Source: a virus
Reading direction: 5' to 3' (one strand)
Length of the DNA: 64,000 nucleotides
Virus record (IMG/VR): IMGVR_UViG_3300025410_000016
Coordinates: 1 to 64,000 of that record
The notes beneath the pieces are model-generated. The model worked only from the letters and a program-made list of their open reading frames with translations. It ran no database searches and was not told the origin of the DNA. Shown in pieces: positions 55,904-64,000 of this stretch. How positions within the stretch are numbered: the first letter of the stretch is position 1; each line of letters starts with the position of its first letter. Made by a program: the position numbers and the translations under genes.

Positions 55904-56467
55904 TCATGATGCCTCCCTTACGATGCCGTCTCTAGTGGAGATGACGTAGATGGTTCCCCCTACTCCGTCAGCAATCTTCGCTGCTTCATGCACTGCGGTC
56001 ACAATATCATCCTCGGTCCACACTCCGACTGTCCCGAGTACTCCGAGTGCGATCTGCGCTCCGCTCCCGATTGCCATCCGTCCGGTGGTGTCGCTGATGA
56101 CGGCAAAACTCCCATCGACCATCACCAACTTGTTACCGCAAGCGATGATGAGGTCGGCGTCGATCTTGGTCGCCTCGTCCTCTTTGTAGACCCCTGCTTC
56201 TTGCGTAGCAGAGATCATGGCAGGGACAATGGACCGGACGACCTTGCATTCGTCGAGCCCGGTGCTCCGTGACCATTGCTGTGACCAGTCCACGCAGTAG
56301 CGGAGCACCTGAGAGGTGCGGAGTTCTCCGGTGGCCCCGAAGACGTAGTTGCCATCTGACCAGATCTTCGGAGTGGTGAGTTGGCCGCGGTTGTAGCCGT
56401 CGAAGTACTCAGAGTCTCCGGCAAGTACAACCCCCCTGTCTGTCTTGGCTGCAACGACGAGGGTCAT
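55904..56467 (-). CDS. HslV/proteasome-beta-like Ntn threonine protease
   Basis: MT.VVA......VVLAGDS...PKI...FG..G; AIGSG...ALG.L; A...A.GVGG. Confidence 0.8.
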   Translation of the reverse strand: MTLVVAAKTDRGVVLAGDSEYFDGYNRGQLTTPKIWSDGNYVFGATGELRTSQVLRYCVDWSQQWSRSTGLDECKVVRSIVPAMISATQEAGVYKEDEATKIDADLIIACGNKLVMVDGSFAVISDTTGRMAIGSGAQIALGVLGTVGVWTEDDIVTAVHEAAKIADGVGGTIYVISTRDGIVREAS

Positions 56468-56730
56468 GAGTTGACCTTGGCGGACCGGACCTCGTACACC
56501 ACGCCGTCTTGGTTGGCGACGACCGCATCATTGGTCCACCAACCGCTTGCCTCCCACTCAAGAGGCTGCTCTTGAGCGTTGCGCTCCTTGGCCCGTCCGT
56601 CCGCCTCGTCCTGGCAAGCCTTGAGTGCGTCACCCTTGGACGCGTAGATCCCGGCGAACCCGCACAGTGGCGATCCGCAGCCATACGTCGAGTCCTCGTC
56701 GTGGATCCCAGCAACCCAATACTTTTCCAT
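56464..56730 (-). CDS. Hypothetical protein
   Basis: Overlapping start and stop codons on both sides. Confidence 0.55.
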   Translation of the reverse strand: MEKYWVAGIHDEDSTYGCGSPLCGFAGIYASKGDALKACQDEADGRAKERNAQEQPLEWEASGWWTNDAVVANQDGVVYEVRSAKVNS

Positions 56731-57446
56731 CAGAATCCCTTCTTGAGTACGGCGAGCAGTTCGCCGTCCACCCTGACGTTGCCGTTGCGACCAAAGCGTT
56801 GCCGCTTGGTGGCGATGCGCTGCGCTTCAACCAAGTGTAAGCCAAGGTTGGAGAGTAGGTGAAGGTGCCACGCCTCAACGGGGACGCGGACACCCTTCCT
56901 GATGTGATCGCTGATGTTGAGCACGAAGAGTCCACCGGGCTCTAGTTGGTCAACAGCAAGGCACCACGCCTTCTCGTGGAACTCTTGGTACTCCTTGCCC
57001 CACTGCATTGCTGCAGCGGACCCCTCGGTGAGTGGCCGGCCGAGCGTGTGGCGGTAGGTGTTCCGCTTGCTCCCCTCCTTGGGCTGGTGGTGGTCGGCCA
57101 TCCGATTCCCGTAGCAAGGCGAGGTGACGATGGCGTTTACCGGCAACTCAAGCGGCCAGTTGCCCCGGTCGAGGCAACTCCCCACGACGACCCACGACCC
57201 TTGGTCAGCCGTCACCCAGACGTTGTGATCGGTCTGCCTCCATCCCGACCAGATTGGCTCTAGCGCCCACTCGGGCTCCAACTCGATCCCCCAGGTGTCC
57301 CACGGGCCTCGAAGTTCGTGGATCGACCCCACACCTGCAAAGGGGTCAACGATGACCCCCTCCTCGAAAGGGACGTGGTGCCGGAAGAGCACTTGGCTGA
57401 TCAGTTCGCTGGTCAATCCGCTGAGCGTTGCGGGGTGAGCGATCAT
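56730..57446 (-). CDS. DNA methyltransferase (N4-C/N6-A type)
   Basis: VDPFAGVGS SAM-binding motif, GIELE, VTSPCY (SPPY-like), L.PGG..VLNI.D. Confidence 0.8.
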   Translation of the reverse strand: MIAHPATLSGLTSELISQVLFRHHVPFEEGVIVDPFAGVGSIHELRGPWDTWGIELEPEWALEPIWSGWRQTDHNVWVTADQGSWVVVGSCLDRGNWPLELPVNAIVTSPCYGNRMADHHQPKEGSKRNTYRHTLGRPLTEGSAAAMQWGKEYQEFHEKAWCLAVDQLEPGGLFVLNISDHIRKGVRVPVEAWHLHLLSNLGLHLVEAQRIATKRQRFGRNGNVRVDGELLAVLKKGF

Positions 57447-57739
57447 GACTGCTCCTTGAGGGCTTCGCGAACTAGTTCGTAGAGTGAACGAGTCAAGGCA
57501 CCAGTCCCAAGTTTCATCCAGGCCCCAACCCACTCCTCCGCCACCTTGCGGGGAATGGTGATGGTTGGCTCGGGGATGGGGAAAAGAAGGCTGGGTTTAC
57601 AGATCCACGCCTCCCCGTCGTCGTTGACGCAAACCGGGTCCTTCCCCTCAGTGGCGTGGTAACCCACCACCCGGCACTCGCCGAGTAGATGGTGCTCCCA
57701 CTCGCTATTGATCGGGAACTGCTCTCGGATGTTGCTCAT
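57443..57739 (-). CDS. Hypothetical protein, paralogue of 22738-23046
   Basis: Shares 42 identical bp (57540-57581 = 22835-22876). Confidence 0.7.
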   Translation of the reverse strand: MSNIREQFPINSEWEHHLLGECRVVGYHATEGKDPVCVNDDGEAWICKPSLLFPIPEPTITIPRKVAEEWVGAWMKLGTGALTRSLYELVREALKEQS

Positions 57740-58134
57740 TGGTCCTCCCTTTCGGTCATGTCCTTGAGCACCTGTAGTGCTTTCCGGTATCTCTGCGACC
57801 ACAAGTGTCGCTCCCTTGCGTAGAGATCCTTGTCCCCTGACTCCAACTCGGCAAGCCCAAGGCAGGCGAGCGTGACCTCAAGTGCCGCTTGGGTCTCCGT
57901 CGATGCCCCCAGGTAGAGATCAACGTAGAAGGGGTGGTCGGTGTTGATGTAGAGCACCGTCGTGCCGGCTTCCACCGCACACCGGTAGAACGACCCCTCA
58001 CAGACGCGCTCGAACTCGACGGTGAACGTCTTGCCCTTGCGCTGTGCGACGAGTGCGTCGGCCATGATCTCTGTGTCGATCCCGATCTTGGCACCGCGCT
58101 TGGCGGCTTCTTGCATGAGGCTGTCGGTTGTCAT
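57736..58134 (-). CDS. Hypothetical protein (YINTDHPFY motif)
   Basis: IN..HPF motif resembling the C-terminal part of HSP90/MORC-like ATPases; operon packing. Confidence 0.55.
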   Translation of the reverse strand: MTTDSLMQEAAKRGAKIGIDTEIMADALVAQRKGKTFTVEFERVCEGSFYRCAVEAGTTVLYINTDHPFYVDLYLGASTETQAALEVTLACLGLAELESGDKDLYARERHLWSQRYRKALQVLKDMTEREDQ

Positions 58135-58136
58135 GT

Positions 58137-58433
58137 TCACGAACTCTCCCTTGGGGCTTTCCTCGGGTCGTACCCGTCCCCTGTCCCGTTGCCTCTGTCC
58201 TGGTAGGTCAGATCGTATTCGATTGCCTTCCGCACCTTTGGTAGCAGGTCGTAGACGTACTGCCCTTCTAGGTAGTAGCGGTCCTCTGGGTAGTCGACCA
58301 CGACGCCGTCCTTGCACACCACCGGGAACCGGTGAACGTCCTCGACGACGAGCGCCCATGCCTCGGCGATGGAGTCAGCGGTGCCGAACTCCTCGGCCCC
58401 GAGTGCATCGACGTAGACGAGGCTGTAGGTCAT
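58137..58433 (-). CDS. Hypothetical protein
   Basis: gaggtga RBS. Confidence 0.55.
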   Translation of the reverse strand: MTYSLVYVDALGAEEFGTADSIAEAWALVVEDVHRFPVVCKDGVVVDYPEDRYYLEGQYVYDLLPKVRKAIEYDLTYQDRGNGTGDGYDPRKAPRESS

Positions 58434-58440
58434 AAGTGGC

Positions 58441-58737
58441 TCACCTCTCCCCAAGTAAGGAGAAAGTCTCGCTGTACCCAACCCTCACGCCGTCTTGGTA
58501 GTTGATCACCATGGGGTTGCGTGGTGGGTCTTGCACCGGGGCGGCGACTGCTGCCTCTGCCTCCCGCTTGGTGCTGGTGTACCGAGCGAAGGTGTGCTCT
58601 TCACCGTCGACATCAGTGAGGACCAGTGCGTACCGCCACTTGGCCCAACTCGGTCGGCCTTCGGCTTTGTAATCGACCTTCTCGACCGGCCCGGCGAACC
58701 GGGACTTGATGACCTTGATCTCGCTGAAGACGGTCAC
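58441..58737 (-). CDS. Hypothetical protein
   Basis: GTGA overlap. Confidence 0.55.
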   Translation of the reverse strand: MTVFSEIKVIKSRFAGPVEKVDYKAEGRPSWAKWRYALVLTDVDGEEHTFARYTSTKREAEAAVAAPVQDPPRNPMVINYQDGVRVGYSETFSLLGER

Positions 58738-59417
58738 TTCTTCTCCATCCACCAGAACGATGACATCGTGGGTCGGATGGGCATGAGCATGTAGCGGTAG
58801 ATGCCCGTCTTCTCGTTGCCCATCTCGAACACCACCGGCTTGATGTGAGTGTCCTCTTGGGTAGCGATGGTGACCGGCAGCGGCCCACTGGTCAAGATCT
58901 TGCGAGCGGTTTCTAGTGTTGACAAGAACGCGGGGTTGAGCGTCACGCCGTTGGTGACCTTCACCGGCACGTTCACTCCGGTGAAGATGCTCTCAAGCGA
59001 TGGGTAGGTCCCAGCGACAAACTTGAACGACAGTCCTCCGTCGCCCCACTTGAGCCGCCAGTTGCCCCCGTTGCGGATCGTGTCGAGCACCGGGTACTCC
59101 TGCGGGGTCGGGACCCGTCGTCCCGGTCGAACCCGCGGGCAGAACCGGTTGGCGATGACCGCTGCGGCGGTGAGTTGGTCCGAACGCAGCAACACCGTGT
59201 TCTCTGGTGCGGCGTCGTCATTGACCAAGGCGAGGTCCATCCAAGCGACGCGGTAGGAGTCGGTCGCCACGGCGATTGCCTTGGCGCTGGTCTTGGCCCA
59301 ACTTGGCGTCGGCATGATCGCCACCGTCCTGGTGACGGGTCGGCTGTCGTCAGGAGATGCGGCGAGGGCGACTGCGCGCAGCGCCTTCAGGTTCCTTGGG
59401 GTCATGGTGATTTTCAT
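58734..59417 (-). CDS. DNA sliding clamp (DnaN beta)-like protein, two-domain length
   Basis: A.S.DDSRP, AVATDSYR, G.YP, LNP.FL, KPV, YMLMPIR. Confidence 0.7.
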   Translation of the reverse strand: MKITMTPRNLKALRAVALAASPDDSRPVTRTVAIMPTPSWAKTSAKAIAVATDSYRVAWMDLALVNDDAAPENTVLLRSDQLTAAAVIANRFCPRVRPGRRVPTPQEYPVLDTIRNGGNWRLKWGDGGLSFKFVAGTYPSLESIFTGVNVPVKVTNGVTLNPAFLSTLETARKILTSGPLPVTIATQEDTHIKPVVFEMGNEKTGIYRYMLMPIRPTMSSFWWMEKK

Positions 59418-59920
59418 TTGGTTCCTTTCATTGGTATCTGCTCAACATCGTCTTCGTGGAGTTGATCAATGTCCACGACGTACTCGCTCTCGTTGCGTTC
59501 GGTGAACCGAGCCAAGACCAAAGTCTCTGGAACGGTCACCTGCCAGAGCAAGCCCTCCGCGGTCGTACCGGCGAGTCGAGTGGCGAACCACTGCGCCTTG
59601 TCTTGATCGTCGGTCCACGACAACCCCACTGCGTAGTTGGGATGTGCGCCTCGCCAGAGCGTGACGCAACGATCCGTCAAGTCGTCGTTGGGAACGAGCG
59701 TTCCGTCATCGGTGAGGTAGCCACCCTTGTCGGTGGCGTGGTAGAAGAAGTCGAGCCACTGCCACGTTGGGAGCATGAGGCCGGGCCACTCCGGTCCGCT
59801 CCATGCTTGGGGGAGTGCTATGCGGAACTCCTCGTCGCTCAACTCCCCGAACGACTTGAGCAAGATGACCGGCAGTTCGTTGCGACCGGCTCTTGCGCTG
59901 ACCTCTGCCCAGGTCTTCAT
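59414..59920 (-). CDS. Possible ADP-ribosyltransferase-fold protein
   Basis: TLWRG...GLSWT.D...A.WFA...RNESEYVV (R-S-ExE spacing). Confidence 0.5.
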   Translation of the reverse strand: MKTWAEVSARAGRNELPVILLKSFGELSDEEFRIALPQAWSGPEWPGLMLPTWQWLDFFYHATDKGGYLTDDGTLVPNDDLTDRCVTLWRGAHPNYAVGLSWTDDQDKAQWFATRLAGTTAEGLLWQVTVPETLVLARFTERNESEYVVDIDQLHEDDVEQIPMKGTK

Positions 59921-60750
59921 CGCTTGGTCTGGTGCTCTGCAGCGTGGCGCACCTCATCGAAGTTGGGGATGGCCCGCAACTCGGCCAAGGTTTGCCGGCT
60001 CTCGGCTTGGTCCTTCAGCCGCTCAGAGATCTGGGCACCCACGTACTCGTTTACTTGAGTCAGCAACTCCTCGTAAGCAGTGTCGATGTCGTGGATCTGC
60101 TCAAGCCTGCAGGTGCCGCTGCCCACAGCGAAGGAGTGCATGGGGTATCCAGACTTAGGGTCGGGCCGAAGAGAGACCGTGATCTCGAAGACCTTCGAGG
60201 TGAACATCTTGCGGTCGTCCATCATGTGCTGGAAGTCGGCGTAGCAACCGACTGCCACCTGATACCGGTCGGTGCCTCGCACGTCGTTCCACCACCAGTT
60301 CACCGAAGTCCCTCGGTGTCCGGCGCTGTCCTCTAGTGCCTCGATCTGGCGGAGCGCCATCCTCATCGACTCGCGCTCTGCTGCTGCTTGGCGATTCTGG
60401 TAGGCGTTGGTGAGTAACTTGACGAGCAAAGTACGGGCTCGCTTGCTCTGCGGGTCGTGGCATTCCAACCTCTCAAGTTCGGTGAGCATGATGTCCTGCC
60501 CACCCTTGCTGAAGGTGAAGGAGGAACGCCTGCCCAGGTCAAGAGAGAAGATGTCCTTCTTGATCTTGCGCCACGTTGCCCAAGCGTCTCCCTCGTAGAT
60601 CGGACCATCGATCTTGGTCTCTGAGCGGAAGCGGGCAACCATGCACACTTGCAAGATTGCGGCTTGAGTGTTGGTGACCGTGACCGTGATTGGCTCGTCG
60701 ATGGTGACGCCGAAACCGGCGAGGGCTTGGTAGATCTCTTGTGCGTCCAT
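59917..60750 (-). CDS. Hypothetical protein
   Basis: aaagggag RBS; long ORF; ATGA overlap. Confidence 0.7.
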   Translation of the reverse strand: MDAQEIYQALAGFGVTIDEPITVTVTNTQAAILQVCMVARFRSETKIDGPIYEGDAWATWRKIKKDIFSLDLGRRSSFTFSKGGQDIMLTELERLECHDPQSKRARTLLVKLLTNAYQNRQAAAERESMRMALRQIEALEDSAGHRGTSVNWWWNDVRGTDRYQVAVGCYADFQHMMDDRKMFTSKVFEITVSLRPDPKSGYPMHSFAVGSGTCRLEQIHDIDTAYEELLTQVNEYVGAQISERLKDQAESRQTLAELRAIPNFDEVRHAAEHQTKR

Positions 60751-60773
60751 GGCTTCTCCCTTTGGTTGGACTC

Positions 60774-60803
60774 AGTATCTACAGGTCGTGGTGAAGATCA
60801 ACC
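60774..60803 (-). promoter_or_regulatory. Possible sigma70-type promoter overlapping the upstream stop codon
   Basis: GG-TTGATC-16 nt-GATACT. Confidence 0.45.
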
Positions 60804-61394
60804 GCGCATACCGGCAAGGATGGACATCGAGTTCCGCTCTGCTTCGGCTTGGTCCTCAAGTGCCTTGAGGCCGGCCTCGATCACCGCAGACAGGGCGTCC
60901 ATTTTGGCAACGTCCTTGCCGAAGAAGTTCAGGGTGGTGTAGTCGGAGATGTAAGGCTTGCGCCCGTCCACCGTCGCCGCCTCTCTCAACAGAGCGGCCA
61001 ACCGCTCCGCAGAGGGCACGAGCACGTTGTCGGTGTAGTTCTTGTGCTGGGCGTGGCTCTCCTTGGCGTAGGCCGAGTACTTCTCGGCGTAGGCGACCCA
61101 CTCACCCAAGGGGTACAGGTTGTCGAGGCTGGCGTAGACGGTCTTGGTCTCGTCGATGGTGCCGTCAGCGGCAACTCGAACGACCGTGACACCCTTGCTG
61201 CTCTTGGCGGGGACGATCTTGCTGCCGTAAACCCCGTTGACCTTCTTGACCGGGTCGACGGAGACGACTCGAACCCGGCCCGAGTAGTTCTCGCCGCCGT
61301 TACGTCCCCGGTATGCGAACGTCATGTCGTAGTCCTTACCAGCCACGAGGTCGGTGCGGGTGAGGGACTGAGGGCGAGTGGGGGGGTTGATCAT
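60798..61394 (-). CDS. Hypothetical protein (first gene of the leftward arm)
   Basis: aaggag RBS; strong codon bias. Confidence 0.7.
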   Translation of the reverse strand: MINPPTRPQSLTRTDLVAGKDYDMTFAYRGRNGGENYSGRVRVVSVDPVKKVNGVYGSKIVPAKSSKGVTVVRVAADGTIDETKTVYASLDNLYPLGEWVAYAEKYSAYAKESHAQHKNYTDNVLVPSAERLAALLREAATVDGRKPYISDYTTLNFFGKDVAKMDALSAVIEAGLKALEDQAEAERNSMSILAGMRG

Positions 61395-61427
61395 TGGGGG
61401 CTCCTTGGTGTGTTCTTGACTTCCCCA

Positions 61428-61517
61428 TAGTCTGCGACCCTACGATGAAAGTCAACAGGGTTGACATATTTTGTGAAAAGGGTTGACCACCAAGTTCATT
61501 TGTTGTACGCTCCGCCC
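61428..61517. promoter_or_regulatory. Divergent promoter region
   Basis: Leftward TTGACT (61450-61455); inverted repeat GTCAAC-AGG-GTTGAC (61451-61465); rightward TTGACC-accaagttcatttgttg-TACGCT-6 nt-ATGACCACT (61483-61526). Confidence 0.75.
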
Positions 61518-61955
61518 ATGACCACTGACCGAAACAACCCATTAGATGTTTGCCAGTCCATCCCTGAGGCCAATCGGCTTTACGTCAATCTCTTCCATGA
61601 GGCAGAGGACCATGTGCGTTTGGCTGAAGACCTGCGATTGACGCTGATCCGTCTCTCTGGTGCAGAGAAGAAGGAGTACGGCAAGCCCATCGCCAACGAC
61701 ATGCCCACCACCCGTGAACTGCGAGCGTGGGCGACCGCACAGGGCATCACCCTTGAGTCCAAGGGCCGCATCCCCTCTTACGTGGTGGTCCGCTACCGCG
61801 AGGCCCACGACCTCCCACCGCTTGAGGGGGTGAAGATTGACTCCTTGCCCGTTCGCGTCCGACGCTGGGCGAGGGAGCAGAAGATCGAAGTGAATCGCCG
61901 CGGCAAGATCCCCGCCGACATCATCGCTCAGTATGAGGCTGCTCAGAAGGCTTGA
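61518..61955 (+). CDS. Lsr2-like nucleoid protein with two DNA-binding domains
   Basis: LRAWA..QGI....KGRIP..V...Y.EAH and VRRWA..Q.I.VN.RGKIP.DI...YEAA; leaderless start. Confidence 0.85.
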   Translation: MTTDRNNPLDVCQSIPEANRLYVNLFHEAEDHVRLAEDLRLTLIRLSGAEKKEYGKPIANDMPTTRELRAWATAQGITLESKGRIPSYVVVRYREAHDLPPLEGVKIDSLPVRVRRWAREQKIEVNRRGKIPADIIAQYEAAQKA

Positions 61956-62016
61956 CCTTGTCCTGTGTCACACCTCAGTGCCATGATTGAGTGAACTACT
62001 TGATGAAAGGGATTGC

Positions 62017-62898
62017 ATGACTGACGCTGCAGAAGCAACGAGCACCGCCTTGAAGATCTTCGAGGAAGTCGATGTCGCTCGACCCTTGGCCGACGACCTG
62101 CGGCTCTGGTCGATCACGACGATCCTTGGGGTGCTCGACAAGCCCGCGTTGCAGTACTGGTCCGCCACAGAGACCGCCAAGGCCGCGGTGCGAGCAGCCA
62201 AGTCCCTTGGGCAACGAGTGGACGAAGAGGGTCCCGATGCCGTGGTCGATTGGTTGTCGGGCGCTCGCTTCCGTCAACCTCAAGGCCAGCGCAGTGCAGC
62301 GCAGTTAGGTACTGACGTGCACGCCGCACTAGAAGAGTTGGCGCTGACCGGCATCATGCCAGAGGTCGATGACGAGGTGCGTCCGTTCGTTGAGCAGTTC
62401 GACCGCTGGGCGCAGATCTGGCAGCCCGAGTACATGGCCGCGGAGATGACCGTCTACAGTCCGACTTACGGCTACGCAGGCACCGCTGACGGCATCATGA
62501 AAATTGCCGGCTCGGTGGTGAACTTCGACTACAAGACGAGTCGCAAGTCCCACGACAAGAAGGGCAAGCCCACCGGCCCCTATCCCGAAGTTGGCTTGCA
62601 GATCGCCGCCGCCCGCTACGCAGAGTTCGCTGCGGGGTGGCGTCCTCGACGCTTCGAGGAGTTCCGTCGCCGCTACTACTTGCTCGGTGAAGCCGAGCGG
62701 GAGTTGGCGCTACCGGTTCCGAAGGTCGATGGGGGGATCGTGATTCACATCACCCCCGAGCACTGCACCGCCTTCCCGGTCCGCTGCGACGAAGAGATGC
62801 ACCGCTACTTCCTGTACATCTTGGAAGCCGCCCGGTTCAACTTCAACGTGGCGAAGACCGTGATTGGCGCTCCGCTCACCCACACGACTGAGTTCTAA
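62017..62898 (+). CDS. PD-(D/E)XK exonuclease (RecE/Cas4-like)
   Basis: SITTILG.LDKPAL..W, GT.VH, E..V......YAGT.D, DYKTS, E..LQ..A. Confidence 0.85.
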   Translation: MTDAAEATSTALKIFEEVDVARPLADDLRLWSITTILGVLDKPALQYWSATETAKAAVRAAKSLGQRVDEEGPDAVVDWLSGARFRQPQGQRSAAQLGTDVHAALEELALTGIMPEVDDEVRPFVEQFDRWAQIWQPEYMAAEMTVYSPTYGYAGTADGIMKIAGSVVNFDYKTSRKSHDKKGKPTGPYPEVGLQIAAARYAEFAAGWRPRRFEEFRRRYYLLGEAERELALPVPKVDGGIVIHITPEHCTAFPVRCDEEMHRYFLYILEAARFNFNVAKTVIGAPLTHTTEF

Positions 62899-62920
62899 CC
62901 AACAAACACAAGGAGGCATC

Positions 62921-63958
62921 ATGCCCATCATCAACCTGCAGCGTCGGCTTCGACCTGCCGGGCGGATTCGCATTGGCGAGACCGTCCCGACCAGTAAGGG
63001 AAGGGGACGCCCGGTCAAGTTGACCACGTTCCGCTTCACCTCCCCCGACCTGTCGAGCATCGAAGCAATTGCCCGGCTCTACGGTGGTGAGGTCGAGCCG
63101 TGGCCCGACGCTCCCGGTGGCCCGCAGTACCAAGTGACCACTGAGGCCGCGTCGATCCCCGTGCTCATCCCGCCGTCTGGTCTGTCGTTCAGTCAGTTCT
63201 ACGAGACGTGGTCCGGTGGGGGATGTACCCGTCGCTGCGACGGCGAGTACCAGACTGACGACAGCCCGTGCGTGTGCGATCCCGACAACCGAGAGTGCAA
63301 GCCCCACACCCGCCTGTCGCTCATCTTGCGAGACCTCGACGGCATTGGGGTTTGGCGACTCGACACACAGGGATACTACGCCGCTACCGAACTGGCCGCG
63401 GTGGTGGACCTGATCGAAGGGCTGCGAGGGAGTCGTCTCGTTGAGGGTCGGCTGCTGCTGCAGCAACGCTCGGTGAAGCGTCCCGGCGAGCAGACGAAGA
63501 ACTTTGCCGTGCCGTGCCTCGACCTCGACTTGAACGTGGCGGAAGAGTTGGGCGGGGTGAAGTCGCACATCACTCCAATCCAGCGCCCCGACGAGATCCC
63601 TGCGTTGAGCGTGGGCGAGCAGTTGTCGGCAGTGGACAACCCCGACCGACTCCGCTCTACTCGGAGCAACGCTGCCCAGGCATTGCCGGCGACCGGGCTT
63701 GAGCCTCGCTCTGTCGAGCAGGTGTCAGATGATGCTGCCCCTGCCCGTCGCATGCTCGTTGCTGCGCTGCGAGGCGTGAAGGTGAGCGACGCCGACCAGG
63801 CTCAGTGGGCCAGTGGCATGCTCGGCAAGCAGGTGGCTGACCTCGCTGATCTGGACAAGGACGAGATCGAAGAGTTGGTGCAGAAGGTGAGGTCGGGTCT
63901 TGCGGCATCTGTCTCTCCTGAGCCGGTGTACGCACCGGGAGAGGAGCCGTTCGAGTAA
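62921..63958 (+). CDS. Recombination-associated protein (actinophage RDF/Gp3-like family)
   Basis: GRIRIG...P..L.TFRFTS......IA.LYGG...W; RCDG; C.C; CKP.TRL...L....G.GVWR..T.GY.A; follows the exonuclease; aggagg RBS. Confidence 0.7.
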   Translation: MPIINLQRRLRPAGRIRIGETVPTSKGRGRPVKLTTFRFTSPDLSSIEAIARLYGGEVEPWPDAPGGPQYQVTTEAASIPVLIPPSGLSFSQFYETWSGGGCTRRCDGEYQTDDSPCVCDPDNRECKPHTRLSLILRDLDGIGVWRLDTQGYYAATELAAVVDLIEGLRGSRLVEGRLLLQQRSVKRPGEQTKNFAVPCLDLDLNVAEELGGVKSHITPIQRPDEIPALSVGEQLSAVDNPDRLRSTRSNAAQALPATGLEPRSVEQVSDDAAPARRMLVAALRGVKVSDADQAQWASGMLGKQVADLADLDKDEIEELVQKVRSGLAASVSPEPVYAPGEEPFE

Positions 63959-64000
63959 TGGACATTGAAGCCATCCGAGCGCAAGTAGAGACAGACAAGA
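63958..64000 (+). CDS. 5' end of next gene (partial)
   Basis: TAATG overlap; MDIEAIRAQVETDK runs off the window. Confidence 0.45.
   Translation, partial: MDIEAIRAQVETDK

Noticed and set aside
62017-62898. Cas4 as evidence of a CRISPR-Cas system
   Set aside because: No other cas genes or array; it pairs with a recombination protein as a typical phage exonuclease.
1-64000. CRISPR array, diversity-generating retroelement, integrase or transposase
   Set aside because: No regularly spaced repeats, reverse transcriptase, adenine-variable repeat pair or recombinase motifs seen; lifestyle cannot be determined from this window.

Overview
This window is a 64 kb piece of a high-GC tailed (siphovirus-like) bacteriophage genome. 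The host is probably an actinobacterium, inferred from Lsr2-like and Rpf-like genes and from leaderless sigma70-type promoters. Layout, left to right: (1) head genes: a large ART/metallopeptidase protein, MuF-like, XkdF-like protease, scaffold and major capsid (1-8853); (2) an 8-gene operon of glycosyltransferases, methyltransferases and an acetyltransferase (11271-16972); (3) a reverse-oriented early-type block with ArdC (17062-23999); (4) an endolysin, a sixth glycosyltransferase and a ~2,500 aa fibre-like protein (24109-33916); (5) connector, tail tube, frameshifted chaperone, tape measure and minor tail genes (33939-45415); (6) a second lysis-like cluster; (7) a minus-strand arm of early/accessory genes (Rpf, dNMP kinase, GroES, peptide deformylase, HslV-like protease, DNA methylase, clamp-like protein); (8) Lsr2-like, exonuclease and RDF-like genes. 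The most striking unexplained signal is the tripeptide Ala-Ser-Val (ASV/ASI). It is strongly over-represented, with mixed codons, in the predicted surface-exposed virion proteins but nearly absent from internal ones. Together with the glycan-synthesis genes this suggests a sequon-directed virion O-glycosylation system. All calls come from motif recognition by eye; no database search was run and counts are manual.
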